Below, piece after piece: positions 17,183-25,678 of a stretch of DNA of 26,280 bases; position 1 is the stretch's first letter; each line of letters begins with the position of its first letter. Below the pieces are notes generated by a model. It was not told where the DNA came from. It saw nothing but the letters and a program-made list of their open reading frames with translations, and did no database searches. A program made the translations under genes and the position numbers. The stretch is from a virus (lineage: Duplodnaviria > Caudoviricetes): the IMG/VR virus record IMGVR_UViG_3300022074_000326, positions 1 through 26,280 of that record, one strand, 5' to 3'.

Positions 17183-18336
17183 TAGTTAAATTGTCCCCCA
17201 CCTGTTGCACCGTGAGATACTGTAATTGTAAACTGACGGTCTGCTGTTTGGCCCTGCGCATCCGTTGCTCGTATAGTAAATGTATACGTTGTCGTTTGCG
17301 TTGAGCCTGATTCATTTCCTGATATTACACCAGAATTATTAATAGTTACACCTCCTGGAAAACTTCCAGATACTTTTGCAAAAGCTGTTGCATTTGTAGC
17401 AGCTACTGTAAAGTTGACAGCTCCCGCAGCAGATACAGTTCCTAAAGATCCTGCAGCTGTTGTCCACGCAGGTGCATCCGATACAGTTAATAATGCACTA
17501 GTTGATCTTACAGCTAAACCATCATTATTCTCTGCTCTTAAATAATAAGTACCATCTACTGATAAAGTAAATGTTGCAACAATAGTTGTTGCACTTGTAA
17601 AAGCAACACTGTCTGCAGTAGTAATTGCACCTGTTGAAGCGTTGATTGCATCAACTGTTGGTATTGATTGAAAGTTAGTTCCTGTAATAGTTACAGCTGT
17701 TTGCGTGTTTTCAATAACACTTGGACTAATAGAACTTATAGTTGGAAAAGTTACACTTGATCCAAAAGACAATGTACCTGATCCATTAGTTTTTAATACC
17801 TGATCTGCCGTCCCATCTGTTGTAGGTAATTTTAAAAAGAAACCTGTATTAACTGTAGGTGAAGTTAAGAAAGTATGATTACCCATGTTCTCGTGTGATG
17901 AACATTGGTAGTATAAAATATTTGGTGTATCGCTATCAACAGCAATCATTGTGTAAGCACCAGCTTGACCGGGTGTACCAGATGTTGTTACACCTGTTGT
18001 AAATGCTGTAGTCTTACTAGCGTTGTTGTAAAATAATAAAGGGTGTCCTGAGTTAGATGCATCTGATTGATCAAATTTATAGTGATAAGGTTTAGATGTA
18101 TCATTACCTTTAATCTCAATAATAGGTGATTCAATACCATTGATAAAATAACCGTTAGAACTACCTACACCGTTATAAGGGTGAGCTGCAGTTTTTGATG
18201 CAACAGTTACAGTATAAGTTATCGGAGTAGATGAAGATGCATAAGGACTAAGGAATCCTCCGCCACCAGAATCTTTACTGATGATCAGATTACCGTTTTG
18301 GTCCTGTATTGTATCTACTTTTAATATACTGCTCAT
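17182..18336 (-). CDS. Tail fibre protein with IPT/TIG- and Ig-like domains
   Basis: MSSILKVDTI N-terminal module, FDQSD.SN.GHPL...LYYQCSSH..MG domain, LP..DGT..QVLKTNGSGTLSF joint, PTISSISP..VTITGTNF (IPT), FTIRATDAQGQ (Ig). Confidence 0.7.
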   Translation of the reverse strand: MSSILKVDTIQDQNGNLIISKDSGGGGFLSPYASSSTPITYTVTVASKTAAHPYNGVGSSNGYFINGIESPIIEIKGNDTSKPYHYKFDQSDASNSGHPLLFYNNASKTTAFTTGVTTSGTPGQAGAYTMIAVDSDTPNILYYQCSSHENMGNHTFLTSPTVNTGFFLKLPTTDGTADQVLKTNGSGTLSFGSSVTFPTISSISPSVIENTQTAVTITGTNFQSIPTVDAINASTGAITTADSVAFTSATTIVATFTLSVDGTYYLRAENNDGLAVRSTSALLTVSDAPAWTTAAGSLGTVSAAGAVNFTVAATNATAFAKVSGSFPGGVTINNSGVISGNESGSTQTTTYTFTIRATDAQGQTADRQFTITVSHGATGGGQFN

Positions 18337-18708
18337 CTATTCTTGATCCCATTGTTGTGTTTCTTCATTCCAAAGATAAAAATTATCATCGTCAGGTAAT
18401 GGAATTGGTGCTTCCCATAAACAACTTGTACTATTTAATGTCCAAGAAGGAAATGGCTTAGGTGGTATAAATGCATCTTTTCCTAAATCGTAAGTATAAC
18501 CTATTCCAGCAAAATTTTTTCTTAAAGCTTTTGATTGATCACTACTTGCTAATCCTGTATTAGGATCATAGTGAACGCCTCCTCTAGTATTATAAGACGT
18601 TTGAATCCATTTTCCAGGCTGTCCATCTATATAAGAATTTATAAAATCAGATTCAGCTACAATAACTTTTGTTACTTTTCCATTTTCTATTTTTGCATAA
18701 TGTGCCAT
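18337..18708 (-). CDS. Tail fibre-associated small protein (possible fibre assembly chaperone)
   Basis: MAHYA...WIQTSYN...LRKNFAGIGYTYD...DAFIPPKPFPSW.LN...WEAP...Y.WNE...W. This family typically follows Gly-rich fibres. Chaperone role is inferred. Confidence 0.7.
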   Translation of the reverse strand: MAHYAKIENGKVTKVIVAESDFINSYIDGQPGKWIQTSYNTRGGVHYDPNTGLASSDQSKALRKNFAGIGYTYDLGKDAFIPPKPFPSWTLNSTSCLWEAPIPLPDDDNFYLWNEETQQWDQE

Positions 18709-18717
18709 ATTAAATCC

Positions 18718-20388
18718 TTAAAAACCTGTTGTATCATATCTTATTATAACTAAACCAGAACCTCCAGTTCCACCAGTAGCAGAATAGGGGCTTCCACCGC
18801 CACCGCCACCTGTGTTAGCTGACCCATTTGATCCTGCCGCTGCGTATACACCTCCAGCTCCTCCGCCACCAGCTCCCCCAGGGCCTGCTGAAGAACTACT
18901 GTGGCATGATCCTCCACCACCACCTGCTCTTGTGGTTGAACTTCCATTAATACTACTTGCTCGACCTGCTCCTCCAGTGGCTCCGTTACCTCCAGATTTA
19001 GGTTGCCCTATTTGACTAGCACCACCTCCACCACCTCCATTATTATTTCCTCCATAATCACTTGCTGCTGAAGTACCTGCATAACCTTGTCCAGATGTTC
19101 CAGATCCACCATCTACTGGATAATCATCTCCACAACCACCACCAGATCCACCATCTCTTCCATCACCATAAACATTATCTGCGGAATCGGCTCCTCCTCC
19201 GCCACCTCCAGTAGAAGATAAACTAAAAAATGAAGAAGTAGATCCATCATTACCTCTTGCTGCTTCACTTGCAGCATTTGAGTTACCTCCTGTACCTCCA
19301 GCACCTACAACAACTGCGTGTGTTCCAGCAGTTACAGTAGCTGGACTTTCTGCAGATGCTCCACCACCAGAAACTTCACCTGGAACAGAGCAACGATATC
19401 CTCCTGCTCCGCCACCTCCTGCCCAGTGTTGACCACCTCCACCACCACCAGCAATAATTAAATATTGACAAGATAAAGAAGGTATTTGGTTTACAAAATT
19501 AGATGAAGATGTAAAAGTGTGTACTCTAAAATTTCCTGTATTTGAAATCGACCCACCTGTAGGCGCTGCAAGTGCAGCCTTATCAACTCCTGTTGAAGTT
19601 AGAGCACTAGAATTAGTGACTTTAATTGTAACATTATTTCCAGCAGTAACATTATTATAAACACTACTTGGTACTGCGACTGTTGCAGCTGTATTCGAAG
19701 TAGGGGTGACTACTACGTTTACATCGATGCTATCAGAAGTTTGTTGAAAATTTACAGTTAAATTAGCAGCTAAAAAACTTGTTCCTGCAAGTGTTAAATT
19801 TGAGGCAAAACCAACTACAATATTTCCTGATATTGAATCTATAGTGGGGTTTGATAAAAATATGTTTGAAGTTGGAACAACCCAACCATTTGCTGCTCCT
19901 GAATAAACTAACCTTATACCTTGGTTATTTCCATTTAAAATTTTATTATTTGTTGAGCCCTCTATTTTTTCAGAACCGTTAGCACTAATAGTAAAATTAT
20001 TTGTTACAAAAGTACCTGTTGCATCTACTGCTTCCACATAATCACCCACGTTTCCTGCAGGTAAATTCATAGTTACAGCATTACTTGAAGTATCTATAAA
20101 ATAACCTTCTGTATCTGCAGCTGTAAAAGTAGAGCTTTTTAAACTTGTCTGCCAAGCAGTACTAGCTTGTATAGTAGTTGACCCACCCAAAGCAACTGTT
20201 GCACCATTTATAGTTACTGATGAATTTTCAAGTTTAACATTTGCAACAGATCCATTAGGAAGGGTGAATGTAGAGCTAGACGCATCAAACGTTGCACCAG
20301 CAGGAATAGTTATAGTATCACCGCTATCTCCTAGTTGTACATCTGTCCCTGATCTTGGACTTATTTTATTTACTTTTACTTCACTCAT
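18718..20388 (-). CDS. Glycine-rich tail fibre / adhesin
   Basis: Start moved to ATG 20388 (MSEVKVNKI), 1 nt after the upstream stop, 556 aa. N-terminal module, EGYFIDT domain, Ig-like domain, HTFTSS..YLIIAGGGGG and C-terminal GGSGLVIIRY. Confidence 0.75.
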   Translation of the reverse strand: MSEVKVNKISPRSGTDVQLGDSGDTITIPAGATFDASSSTFTLPNGSVANVKLENSSVTINGATVALGGSTTIQASTAWQTSLKSSTFTAADTEGYFIDTSSNAVTMNLPAGNVGDYVEAVDATGTFVTNNFTISANGSEKIEGSTNNKILNGNNQGIRLVYSGAANGWVVPTSNIFLSNPTIDSISGNIVVGFASNLTLAGTSFLAANLTVNFQQTSDSIDVNVVVTPTSNTAATVAVPSSVYNNVTAGNNVTIKVTNSSALTSTGVDKAALAAPTGGSISNTGNFRVHTFTSSSNFVNQIPSLSCQYLIIAGGGGGGQHWAGGGGAGGYRCSVPGEVSGGGASAESPATVTAGTHAVVVGAGGTGGNSNAASEAARGNDGSTSSFFSLSSTGGGGGGADSADNVYGDGRDGGSGGGCGDDYPVDGGSGTSGQGYAGTSAASDYGGNNNGGGGGGASQIGQPKSGGNGATGGAGRASSINGSSTTRAGGGGGSCHSSSSAGPGGAGGGGAGGVYAAAGSNGSANTGGGGGGSPYSATGGTGGSGLVIIRYDTTGF

Positions 20389-20389
20389 A

Positions 20390-21502
20390 TTAATATTGTA
20401 ATGACACTCCTCTAATTCTAGCTTCTTTACTTCCACTAGCTTGATTAGCAAATTCTATTTTATATTTTAAACTTGTTCCTGCTGTTACACTCAAGTCATT
20501 TACTTTTGCCATCTTAATACCAGTAGCAAAGTCAGGCATAGCAACTAATGTAGCTGTTGAATAATTAGAACCACCATCAGCAGAAAGTTTTAAAACTATG
20601 TCTGTATTTAATGTATTAGTACCTGCATGGTTTTGATAAGTAATAACTGCTCCCATTTTATTAGTTGATGTAGACGCAGTAACGTTTGGACAAGTAAAAT
20701 TACCAGTTGCATTTAAAGTATCCGTATATTCTGTTATTGAATAACTAATATTCCAATCTGGAGAACTATCAATCCATTGAGGGAAATAAAATCTTAAAGT
20801 TGAACTAGCACTTTGAGAAGCAAATCCAGAACCTGTAGATAAACTACTTCTTGCATTTACAACATTGCTAAATGTTTTTGTAGCAACTGTGTATCTATAA
20901 GAACAAGTAGCAGGAGCAGTAGTATTACTTCCAAATGTTGAAAAACCTGCACCATTTCCACTACCTTGGTCAAAATAATAACCATCTGGATTACTTGAAC
21001 CTAACCAAACACCAGAAGCAAAAGTTGGTCCATTACCACCACCAACTGTATTAACAGTAAATGAAATATCATAGTAACTTCCTGGAGAAGATACTGTATT
21101 ATACCAATATACACCAGACCCTGAACCACCACCAGCTATAGTGGTTGAATTTACTGTAACACTTGAGTTTGTACCACCTGTTTTTGATAAGGCGTATGCT
21201 GAAGAAGAAACTGTTCCTGTACTTACATATTCATCTGAACTTCTAAATGTATTAGCACCATTTGTGTAACCTGAATTATCTTGAAACACATCAACATATG
21301 TCGAATTAGTATTGTAGGCAGCTTTGTTTTCGTCTGACGCTTGTCTTAAAGCTAATGTAGAAATATCATTTACAATTTGATTATCATCAAAACTAGTGGC
21401 ATATTGATTTACACTTGATTGACTTATTCTTGCGTCTGCAAATGTTCCTGAGTTAATTGAACTTGCAGGAAATATATATTTTAAATCTTTATAATTAGCC
21501 AT
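20390..21502 (-). CDS. Tail fibre/spike-like structural protein
   Basis: 370 aa, Ser/Thr/Gly-rich. MANY...SGTFADARI N-terminus, short coiled coil, C-terminal SADGGSNY...YKI.FANQ..GSKE beta domain. SD GGAG. Confidence 0.65.
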   Translation of the reverse strand: MANYKDLKYIFPASSINSGTFADARISQSSVNQYATSFDDNQIVNDISTLALRQASDENKAAYNTNSTYVDVFQDNSGYTNGANTFRSSDEYVSTGTVSSSAYALSKTGGTNSSVTVNSTTIAGGGSGSGVYWYNTVSSPGSYYDISFTVNTVGGGNGPTFASGVWLGSSNPDGYYFDQGSGNGAGFSTFGSNTTAPATCSYRYTVATKTFSNVVNARSSLSTGSGFASQSASSTLRFYFPQWIDSSPDWNISYSITEYTDTLNATGNFTCPNVTASTSTNKMGAVITYQNHAGTNTLNTDIVLKLSADGGSNYSTATLVAMPDFATGIKMAKVNDLSVTAGTSLKYKIEFANQASGSKEARIRGVSLQY

Positions 21503-21503
21503 A

Positions 21504-21920
21504 TTATTTCTCCGTTAATAACCATCCTTGAGTTGCATCAACATAAACCAATCTAAAAGCAGCTCGTTCAGTTGCTACTGTCATGTCTGATGCTGCACCT
21601 TGAATCTTATGTCCATTTCTTCCAATTATTATATTTTGTGAATCTGCTGTAGCACCATAATCTATTACACTTACTTCATCTCCTATAGATGCAGATGTTG
21701 GCAAAGTCACGGTAACTGCTCCTCCTGCTGTATTTACAAAATAACCCTCTCCAGCGATTGCATTAAAATTTGAAGTTTTTACAGCTTGCCATGCTGTTCC
21801 ACCAACACCAGACGGTAAATTTACTGTTGCTGTAGATAAATTTACAGTGTCACCAGCTTCACCAATTTGTAAATTGGTTCCTGACTGAGGTATTACTTTA
21901 TCTACTTCTATTGTACTCAT
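21504..21920 (-). CDS. Short tail fibre adaptor/joint protein
   Basis: 138 aa. MSTIEVDKVIPQSG module plus AGEGYFVNT..VTLP..GD.V.VIDY..RNG.KI.G..LVY.DAT.GW domain (T4 gp9/gp10-like joint, from recall). Confidence 0.65.
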   Translation of the reverse strand: MSTIEVDKVIPQSGTNLQIGEAGDTVNLSTATVNLPSGVGGTAWQAVKTSNFNAIAGEGYFVNTAGGAVTVTLPTSASIGDEVSVIDYGATADSQNIIIGRNGHKIQGAASDMTVATERAAFRLVYVDATQGWLLTEK

Positions 21921-22378
21921 TATATAATTACCAAATTACCTGTTACTGTTATTGTTCCTGATACTGTTACTGGTCCTGCTAATACACCTGAGTCCATAGT
22001 TTGAACTTCATCTAAAGTAGATGCATGAGTTACAACGTAACCTGTTGCTTCCATGACAGGTGACATTGCTTTTTTAGCAGGAATGGTACAAAAGACTTCT
22101 TTCTCTTCTGAACCAAAATTAATTTTAGAAGTGTTTCCTGATGAATTACTTATCACTGTGTCTCTAGATAGAGTATCGGGAGAGGCATCGGTTACTGTAC
22201 CAATACCAACTTCAAACTTATCTGCACCTGTTTCGGATATACAATAATACGTAGTATTAGTTGTACCCACTCCAGCTACAAATGTTATAAAGTCCTGTGA
22301 AGCACCAGCTAGGTTTAACGTTCCCGTTCCCGAGGTAGTGCTTGTCTCTTTAACTCTATCGTTAATGACAAGTGCCAT
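21920..22378 (-). CDS. Tail fibre anchor protein
   Basis: 152 aa. MALVINDRVKETSTT.GTGT...EVG.GT...LSR...VFCT.PA, ending AGPVTVSGTITVTGNLVII. SD GAGG. Confidence 0.65.
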   Translation of the reverse strand: MALVINDRVKETSTTSGTGTLNLAGASQDFITFVAGVGTTNTTYYCISETGADKFEVGIGTVTDASPDTLSRDTVISNSSGNTSKINFGSEEKEVFCTIPAKKAMSPVMEATGYVVTHASTLDEVQTMDSGVLAGPVTVSGTITVTGNLVII

Positions 22379-22387
22379 CTAAACCTC

Positions 22388-22846
22388 TTACGTTAATCTT
22401 AATATTGCAGCAGATGTTGTAAATGCAGGGAACTGAATTGTAAACGTTCCTGCAGTTGCCGTTTTATTTCCACCAAAATCTAAAACACAAACAGCGTCAG
22501 TAGTATTTGAACCACCGTTAGTTGTTGTATTATAAATTAAAGCTCCTCTAGCTGTTAATGTTACTGCTGTAAAAGATAAGTTAGCAAAACTAGTAATTGC
22601 TACTGATGATGACATCTTAACACCTTGGTTAACAAGTGCTTTACCACCTGCAGTATAATTTGATGAAGTTACTTCAGTTCCTGTTCCACCTAAATTTGGT
22701 GAGTAATTTGTAGTTGATTTACCTAATGTTGCTGTATCTTTATACATCGCCAATTTATATGTATCTGTTGATGCATCAAAATCGTGACTTCCTTGAAGTA
22801 ATTCTTTTTTAAAAGAATCACAAATTGCGTTCGTTGTTATAGCCAT
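22388..22846 (-). CDS. Virion structural protein (tail/fibre attachment)
   Basis: 152 aa. MAIT..IC.SFK.ELL.G.HDF...Y.AGG..L...ARGALIYN...VLDFGG.K...GTFTIQFP. SD AGGAG. Confidence 0.7.
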   Translation of the reverse strand: MAITTNAICDSFKKELLQGSHDFDASTDTYKLAMYKDTATLGKSTTNYSPNLGGTGTEVTSSNYTAGGKALVNQGVKMSSSVAITSFANLSFTAVTLTARGALIYNTTTNGGSNTTDAVCVLDFGGNKTATAGTFTIQFPAFTTSAAILRLT

Positions 22847-22866
22847 AATATTTCTCCTTTAATTTT

Positions 22867-23529
22867 TTATGGTGATGGTGAAGGTACTTGAACTCTAGGT
22901 ACCCCATCATCGTATTCTGCTCGTCTTCTTCTCCCCATTTGTTGGAGAGCAAAATTTTGTATACTTTCATTATACTTACTTTTATATAGATTGTACATAT
23001 CCATGGGACCTTTGAGATAAGCAAAAGCCTCTGTAAGTACTCCATCTAAAAGCATTCCTTGTTGGTATGTTGATAAATAAGTTGTGTTAGTAGAGGTAAA
23101 ACTTGGTGGTGTAATAATATAATTGAGTTGTACCCCATAAGCTTGATCTGGAGTTGGAGCTACAACAATCGAAGACTCATCCCAATTGGCATAGTATTTA
23201 GGTAGTCCTGTTGTGCCACTACCATTGTATTCTGATATAAAACTTGTGTCTCTTTTTTCTAAAAAAGTTCTAGCACTAGTAATACTAGTATCAGCAAATA
23301 CTTGTAATGATCTAATTACTAAAAAATCTGCAGGCGTTACTAAATATCTTTTGTTTGCAGTGAATGATGAAGTTGCGTATTTTCTTGTGTCATCATAATC
23401 CACGGCTCCTGCAACATTTAATTCTGTGTTTCTTATAAATTGACCAATAAGAGTATCACTCAATACATTTGAGTCTACTTCTGTGTAGTTTCGAACTTGT
23501 GTTAAAAAATCTGAATAAGTTATAGCCAT
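22867..23529 (-). CDS. Head-tail adaptor-like protein (second adaptor)
   Basis: 220 aa. TY..L...V.NYTE...FI..E, G.PKYYA.WD....VAPTPD..Y...L.Y, EAF.YLKGP...Y...Y. Confidence 0.7.
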   Translation of the reverse strand: MAITYSDFLTQVRNYTEVDSNVLSDTLIGQFIRNTELNVAGAVDYDDTRKYATSSFTANKRYLVTPADFLVIRSLQVFADTSITSARTFLEKRDTSFISEYNGSGTTGLPKYYANWDESSIVVAPTPDQAYGVQLNYIITPPSFTSTNTTYLSTYQQGMLLDGVLTEAFAYLKGPMDMYNLYKSKYNESIQNFALQQMGRRRRAEYDDGVPRVQVPSPSP

Positions 23530-23933
23530 TATGTAATACTCACGGTTACTGAATTAATTTGCATAGATATTTGTCTTCTTCTATTTTGTAATGACGGATC
23601 TGCAGGAATCATTGATGATGTTCCTTGATTAAAAAATCCAAATTGTCCTGGTAAAGTTAAATTTGCTACACCAACTGTAATACCTCCAGAATCAGCTATA
23701 GTTGTGTCGTTAGCTGCAACAGTTGTAGGTTGTTGAAATCTTTGTGATCTTGTATTTTGTAAAGCTACTGCATCTGCCTTATGATAAGGAGGGTCTAGTT
23801 GTGGGTGTTTAGGTTCAAACTCTGATATATGAACTAAAGCACCTGTCCACTCTTTAACCATTTCTTTATATGGAAATGCTTGTCCAGATCTATCAGATAT
23901 TGCCTGACTTCTTTTTCCTGTAGCGTAACTCAT
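23529..23933 (-). CDS. Conserved neck-region protein with a degenerate zinc-ribbon-like N-terminus
   Basis: 134 aa. YATGK...ISDRSG..FPY.EM..EW.G..VH.SEFE.KHPQL. TAATG-coupled on both sides. Confidence 0.7.
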   Translation of the reverse strand: MSYATGKRSQAISDRSGQAFPYKEMVKEWTGALVHISEFEPKHPQLDPPYHKADAVALQNTRSQRFQQPTTVAANDTTIADSGGITVGVANLTLPGQFGFFNQGTSSMIPADPSLQNRRRQISMQINSVTVSIT

Positions 23934-24628
23934 TAAGAACCACTCCCAAAATAAGTTTGTGGAGAAATATAAACTGAAGTTCTTGAACCATCTTCGTTTA
24001 ATGCTCTAATTAATTCATCTTCATATAATTGTTTTAATAATTGTATTCTGTCTGGTGCTCTTTTTTGTGATAAATAATATGCAAGGCCAGAACACATACA
24101 AGGTAAAAATCTATAAGCGACATCAGGTGTTTTTGTAAATCCACCTGCATCTTCAATTCTATTAATTGTATAAAATTTTAATGTTGTATAAGTTGTTGCA
24201 TCAGGAGCTAGATATAAACTTATAGTTGGTGTTGTTTGTCTATCAACATAATACTGTGATGGTTGTCCTCTTTGTAATTTATTTGGAAGTGCAGCATAAG
24301 CTGATCTATCAATTTTTGTTAATGAGATATCATTTGTTGATGAAGTGTTTCCTGCTGCGTTTGTTGTAGAAATATATGCTTCAAGAACATCGTTTACATC
24401 TGTATCTACTGTGTATGTAGCAGTTCCTGCAACTAATGCTTTTTCATTTAGTTTTACTTTCCAAAGGTGAATACCTCTGTTACCCCACTCTGAAAATAAA
24501 AGATTTAAACTTCTTCTTGCGCTACGTAAGTCATTCCCACTATTAGTCCGCATACCACATCGTTCGTATGCCTCTTCAATAATGTCATCGATCTGAAGAT
24601 CGAATGCTGTAGTTCCTGACGTAGCCAT
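23933..24628 (-). CDS. Head-tail connector / adaptor protein
   Basis: 231 aa. MATSGT..F.L.IDDIIEEAYERCG...ARRSLNLLFSEW.NRG..LW, PNK...G.PSQYY, RFLPCM..GLAYYL. Confidence 0.75.
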   Translation of the reverse strand: MATSGTTAFDLQIDDIIEEAYERCGMRTNSGNDLRSARRSLNLLFSEWGNRGIHLWKVKLNEKALVAGTATYTVDTDVNDVLEAYISTTNAAGNTSSTNDISLTKIDRSAYAALPNKLQRGQPSQYYVDRQTTPTISLYLAPDATTYTTLKFYTINRIEDAGGFTKTPDVAYRFLPCMCSGLAYYLSQKRAPDRIQLLKQLYEDELIRALNEDGSRTSVYISPQTYFGSGS

Positions 24629-24634
24629 AATTCA

Positions 24635-24883
24635 TTACATTATGTCTTTGTAATAATCCAAAGACTTTCCTGGTATTAATTCTTCATCTTGTAAACCACT
24701 TCCACCTACCACAGCTCCCATACCTTTCATGGCAGCACCACCATCAACTCTTTTCATAACTTTTTTTGCTTTTTTGTCTGAAACTTGTGATTTAGATGTT
24801 TCTTTGATTATATCAAAATCTTCACCTGATATTTTACCATCTTTGTTTTTATCTAATTTTACTTGATCGCCTTTTAATGACAT
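24635..24883 (-). CDS. Small protein with a single EF-hand-like Ca-binding loop
   Basis: 82 aa. DKNKDGKISGED-F fits the DxNxDGxI(S)xxD loop. SD AGGAG. Confidence 0.7.
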   Translation of the reverse strand: MSLKGDQVKLDKNKDGKISGEDFDIIKETSKSQVSDKKAKKVMKRVDGGAAMKGMGAVVGGSGLQDEELIPGKSLDYYKDIM

Positions 24884-24901
24884 AATTTTCTCCTTAAAAT
24901 A

Positions 24902-25171
24902 TTATACGTCTATCATACCACCATAGTATCTCTTGGTAAAGGTACTGACGTTAGTTGGTTTGCCTCCTGGGTTACCGGCTTGTCTTTTCCTTGCAACAGC
25001 AGAACGCTTTTGCGAGTCTGTCATTCGGTTTGCTTTTGCAGCAGGCACGCATTTGGGGTACTTTCTTTTTGATCCACTTGCAGATTTTCTTCCACATTCT
25101 TTATACCCTCCTCCTTTTTTAGGTGATCCTATATCGACCCATTTTTCATTGAACCATTTCTTTAGGCTCAT
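24902..25171 (-). CDS. Small basic viral protein (LxxWFxEKWVD...CGR...YPKC family, DUF5872-like by recall)
   Basis: 89 aa, very Lys/Arg-rich, TAATG-coupled to the upstream gene. C-terminal YYGG. Confidence 0.65.
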   Translation of the reverse strand: MSLKKWFNEKWVDIGSPKKGGGYKECGRKSASGSKRKYPKCVPAAKANRMTDSQKRSAVARKRQAGNPGGKPTNVSTFTKRYYGGMIDV

Positions 25172-25644
25172 TAAAATATACCTTTAAAACCTTTGCCTCT
25201 AATCGCTGCTCCTGCTCCACGTACCTCACCTCCACACATCATTTTATTTGCAGCAGAACCACTACTGTCTGTAGTAGTATCTATCTGTAAACCTCTAGGT
25301 AACTCATCTATGTTTTGTTTTGGTTTTTTTAATGGTTTTTTATTTTTCTTTTTTTCTTTTTTTTCTTCTTTTTTTCCACCTCTTATATAATAAGGAGTTT
25401 TTAAAATATCTCCAATAACATCAAAAATTTTAGTACTTGGTTCTCTATTTGGATTTCTTTTATCTTTAGTCATTAAGTCTCCTGTATTAGCTTTCTTTGG
25501 TCCCCAATCTTTTCTTTTTAAACCTGATGGATCTTTTGCTTTACCTGCACAAATTTTTGAAGCGTATGCATTTGCATATGCGCTGGGGTAAACTTTGAAT
25601 TTTCTTTTGGCTGCGGCTTTGCCTCTTGCACATAATTTAGTCAT
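25171..25644 (-). CDS. Basic viral protein with KRKFKVYPSAYAN motif
   Basis: 157 aa, Lys-rich. N-terminal LCARGK..AKRKFKVYPSAYA, C-terminal MMCGGEVRGAGAAIRG.GF.G.F. Confidence 0.7.
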   Translation of the reverse strand: MTKLCARGKAAAKRKFKVYPSAYANAYASKICAGKAKDPSGLKRKDWGPKKANTGDLMTKDKRNPNREPSTKIFDVIGDILKTPYYIRGGKKEEKKEKKKNKKPLKKPKQNIDELPRGLQIDTTTDSSGSAANKMMCGGEVRGAGAAIRGKGFKGIF

Positions 25645-25649
25645 GCAAG

Positions 25650-25678
25650 ATTATAACATCTTTTGACTAGGCAGTAAA
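25650..25678 (-). promoter_or_regulatory. Extended -10 sigma70-type promoter, leaderless
   Basis: TTTACT (25678-25673), 17 bp, TGn-TATAAT (25655-25650), 5 nt, ATG (25644). No SD. Confidence 0.65.

Noticed and set aside
18334-18339. In-frame abutting stop/start junctions (TAG ATG at 18337/18336; TAA TTG at 12416/12415) suggesting readthrough or recoding
   Set aside because: Both partners look like complete proteins with typical termini. All three stop codons terminate genes normally, so there is no sign of an alternative genetic code.
20389-20451. ORF-track N-terminal extensions (20451 and 12126 starts)
   Set aside because: They overlap upstream genes. The downstream ATGs at 20388 and 12105 fit coupling and paralogue or family N-termini better.
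12416-22378. Diversity-generating retroelement or invertible fibre cassette
   Set aside because: I saw no reverse transcriptase, no invertase, no ~100-nt near-identical TR/VR pair and no inverted gene copies.
25343-25377. 35-nt polypurine tract with an in-frame A AAA AAG slippery heptamer (also present in the 45- and 46-aa peptides)
   Set aside because: Lys/Glu coding explains it. The -1 frame reaches a stop within a few codons in all three cases, so no fusion product results.
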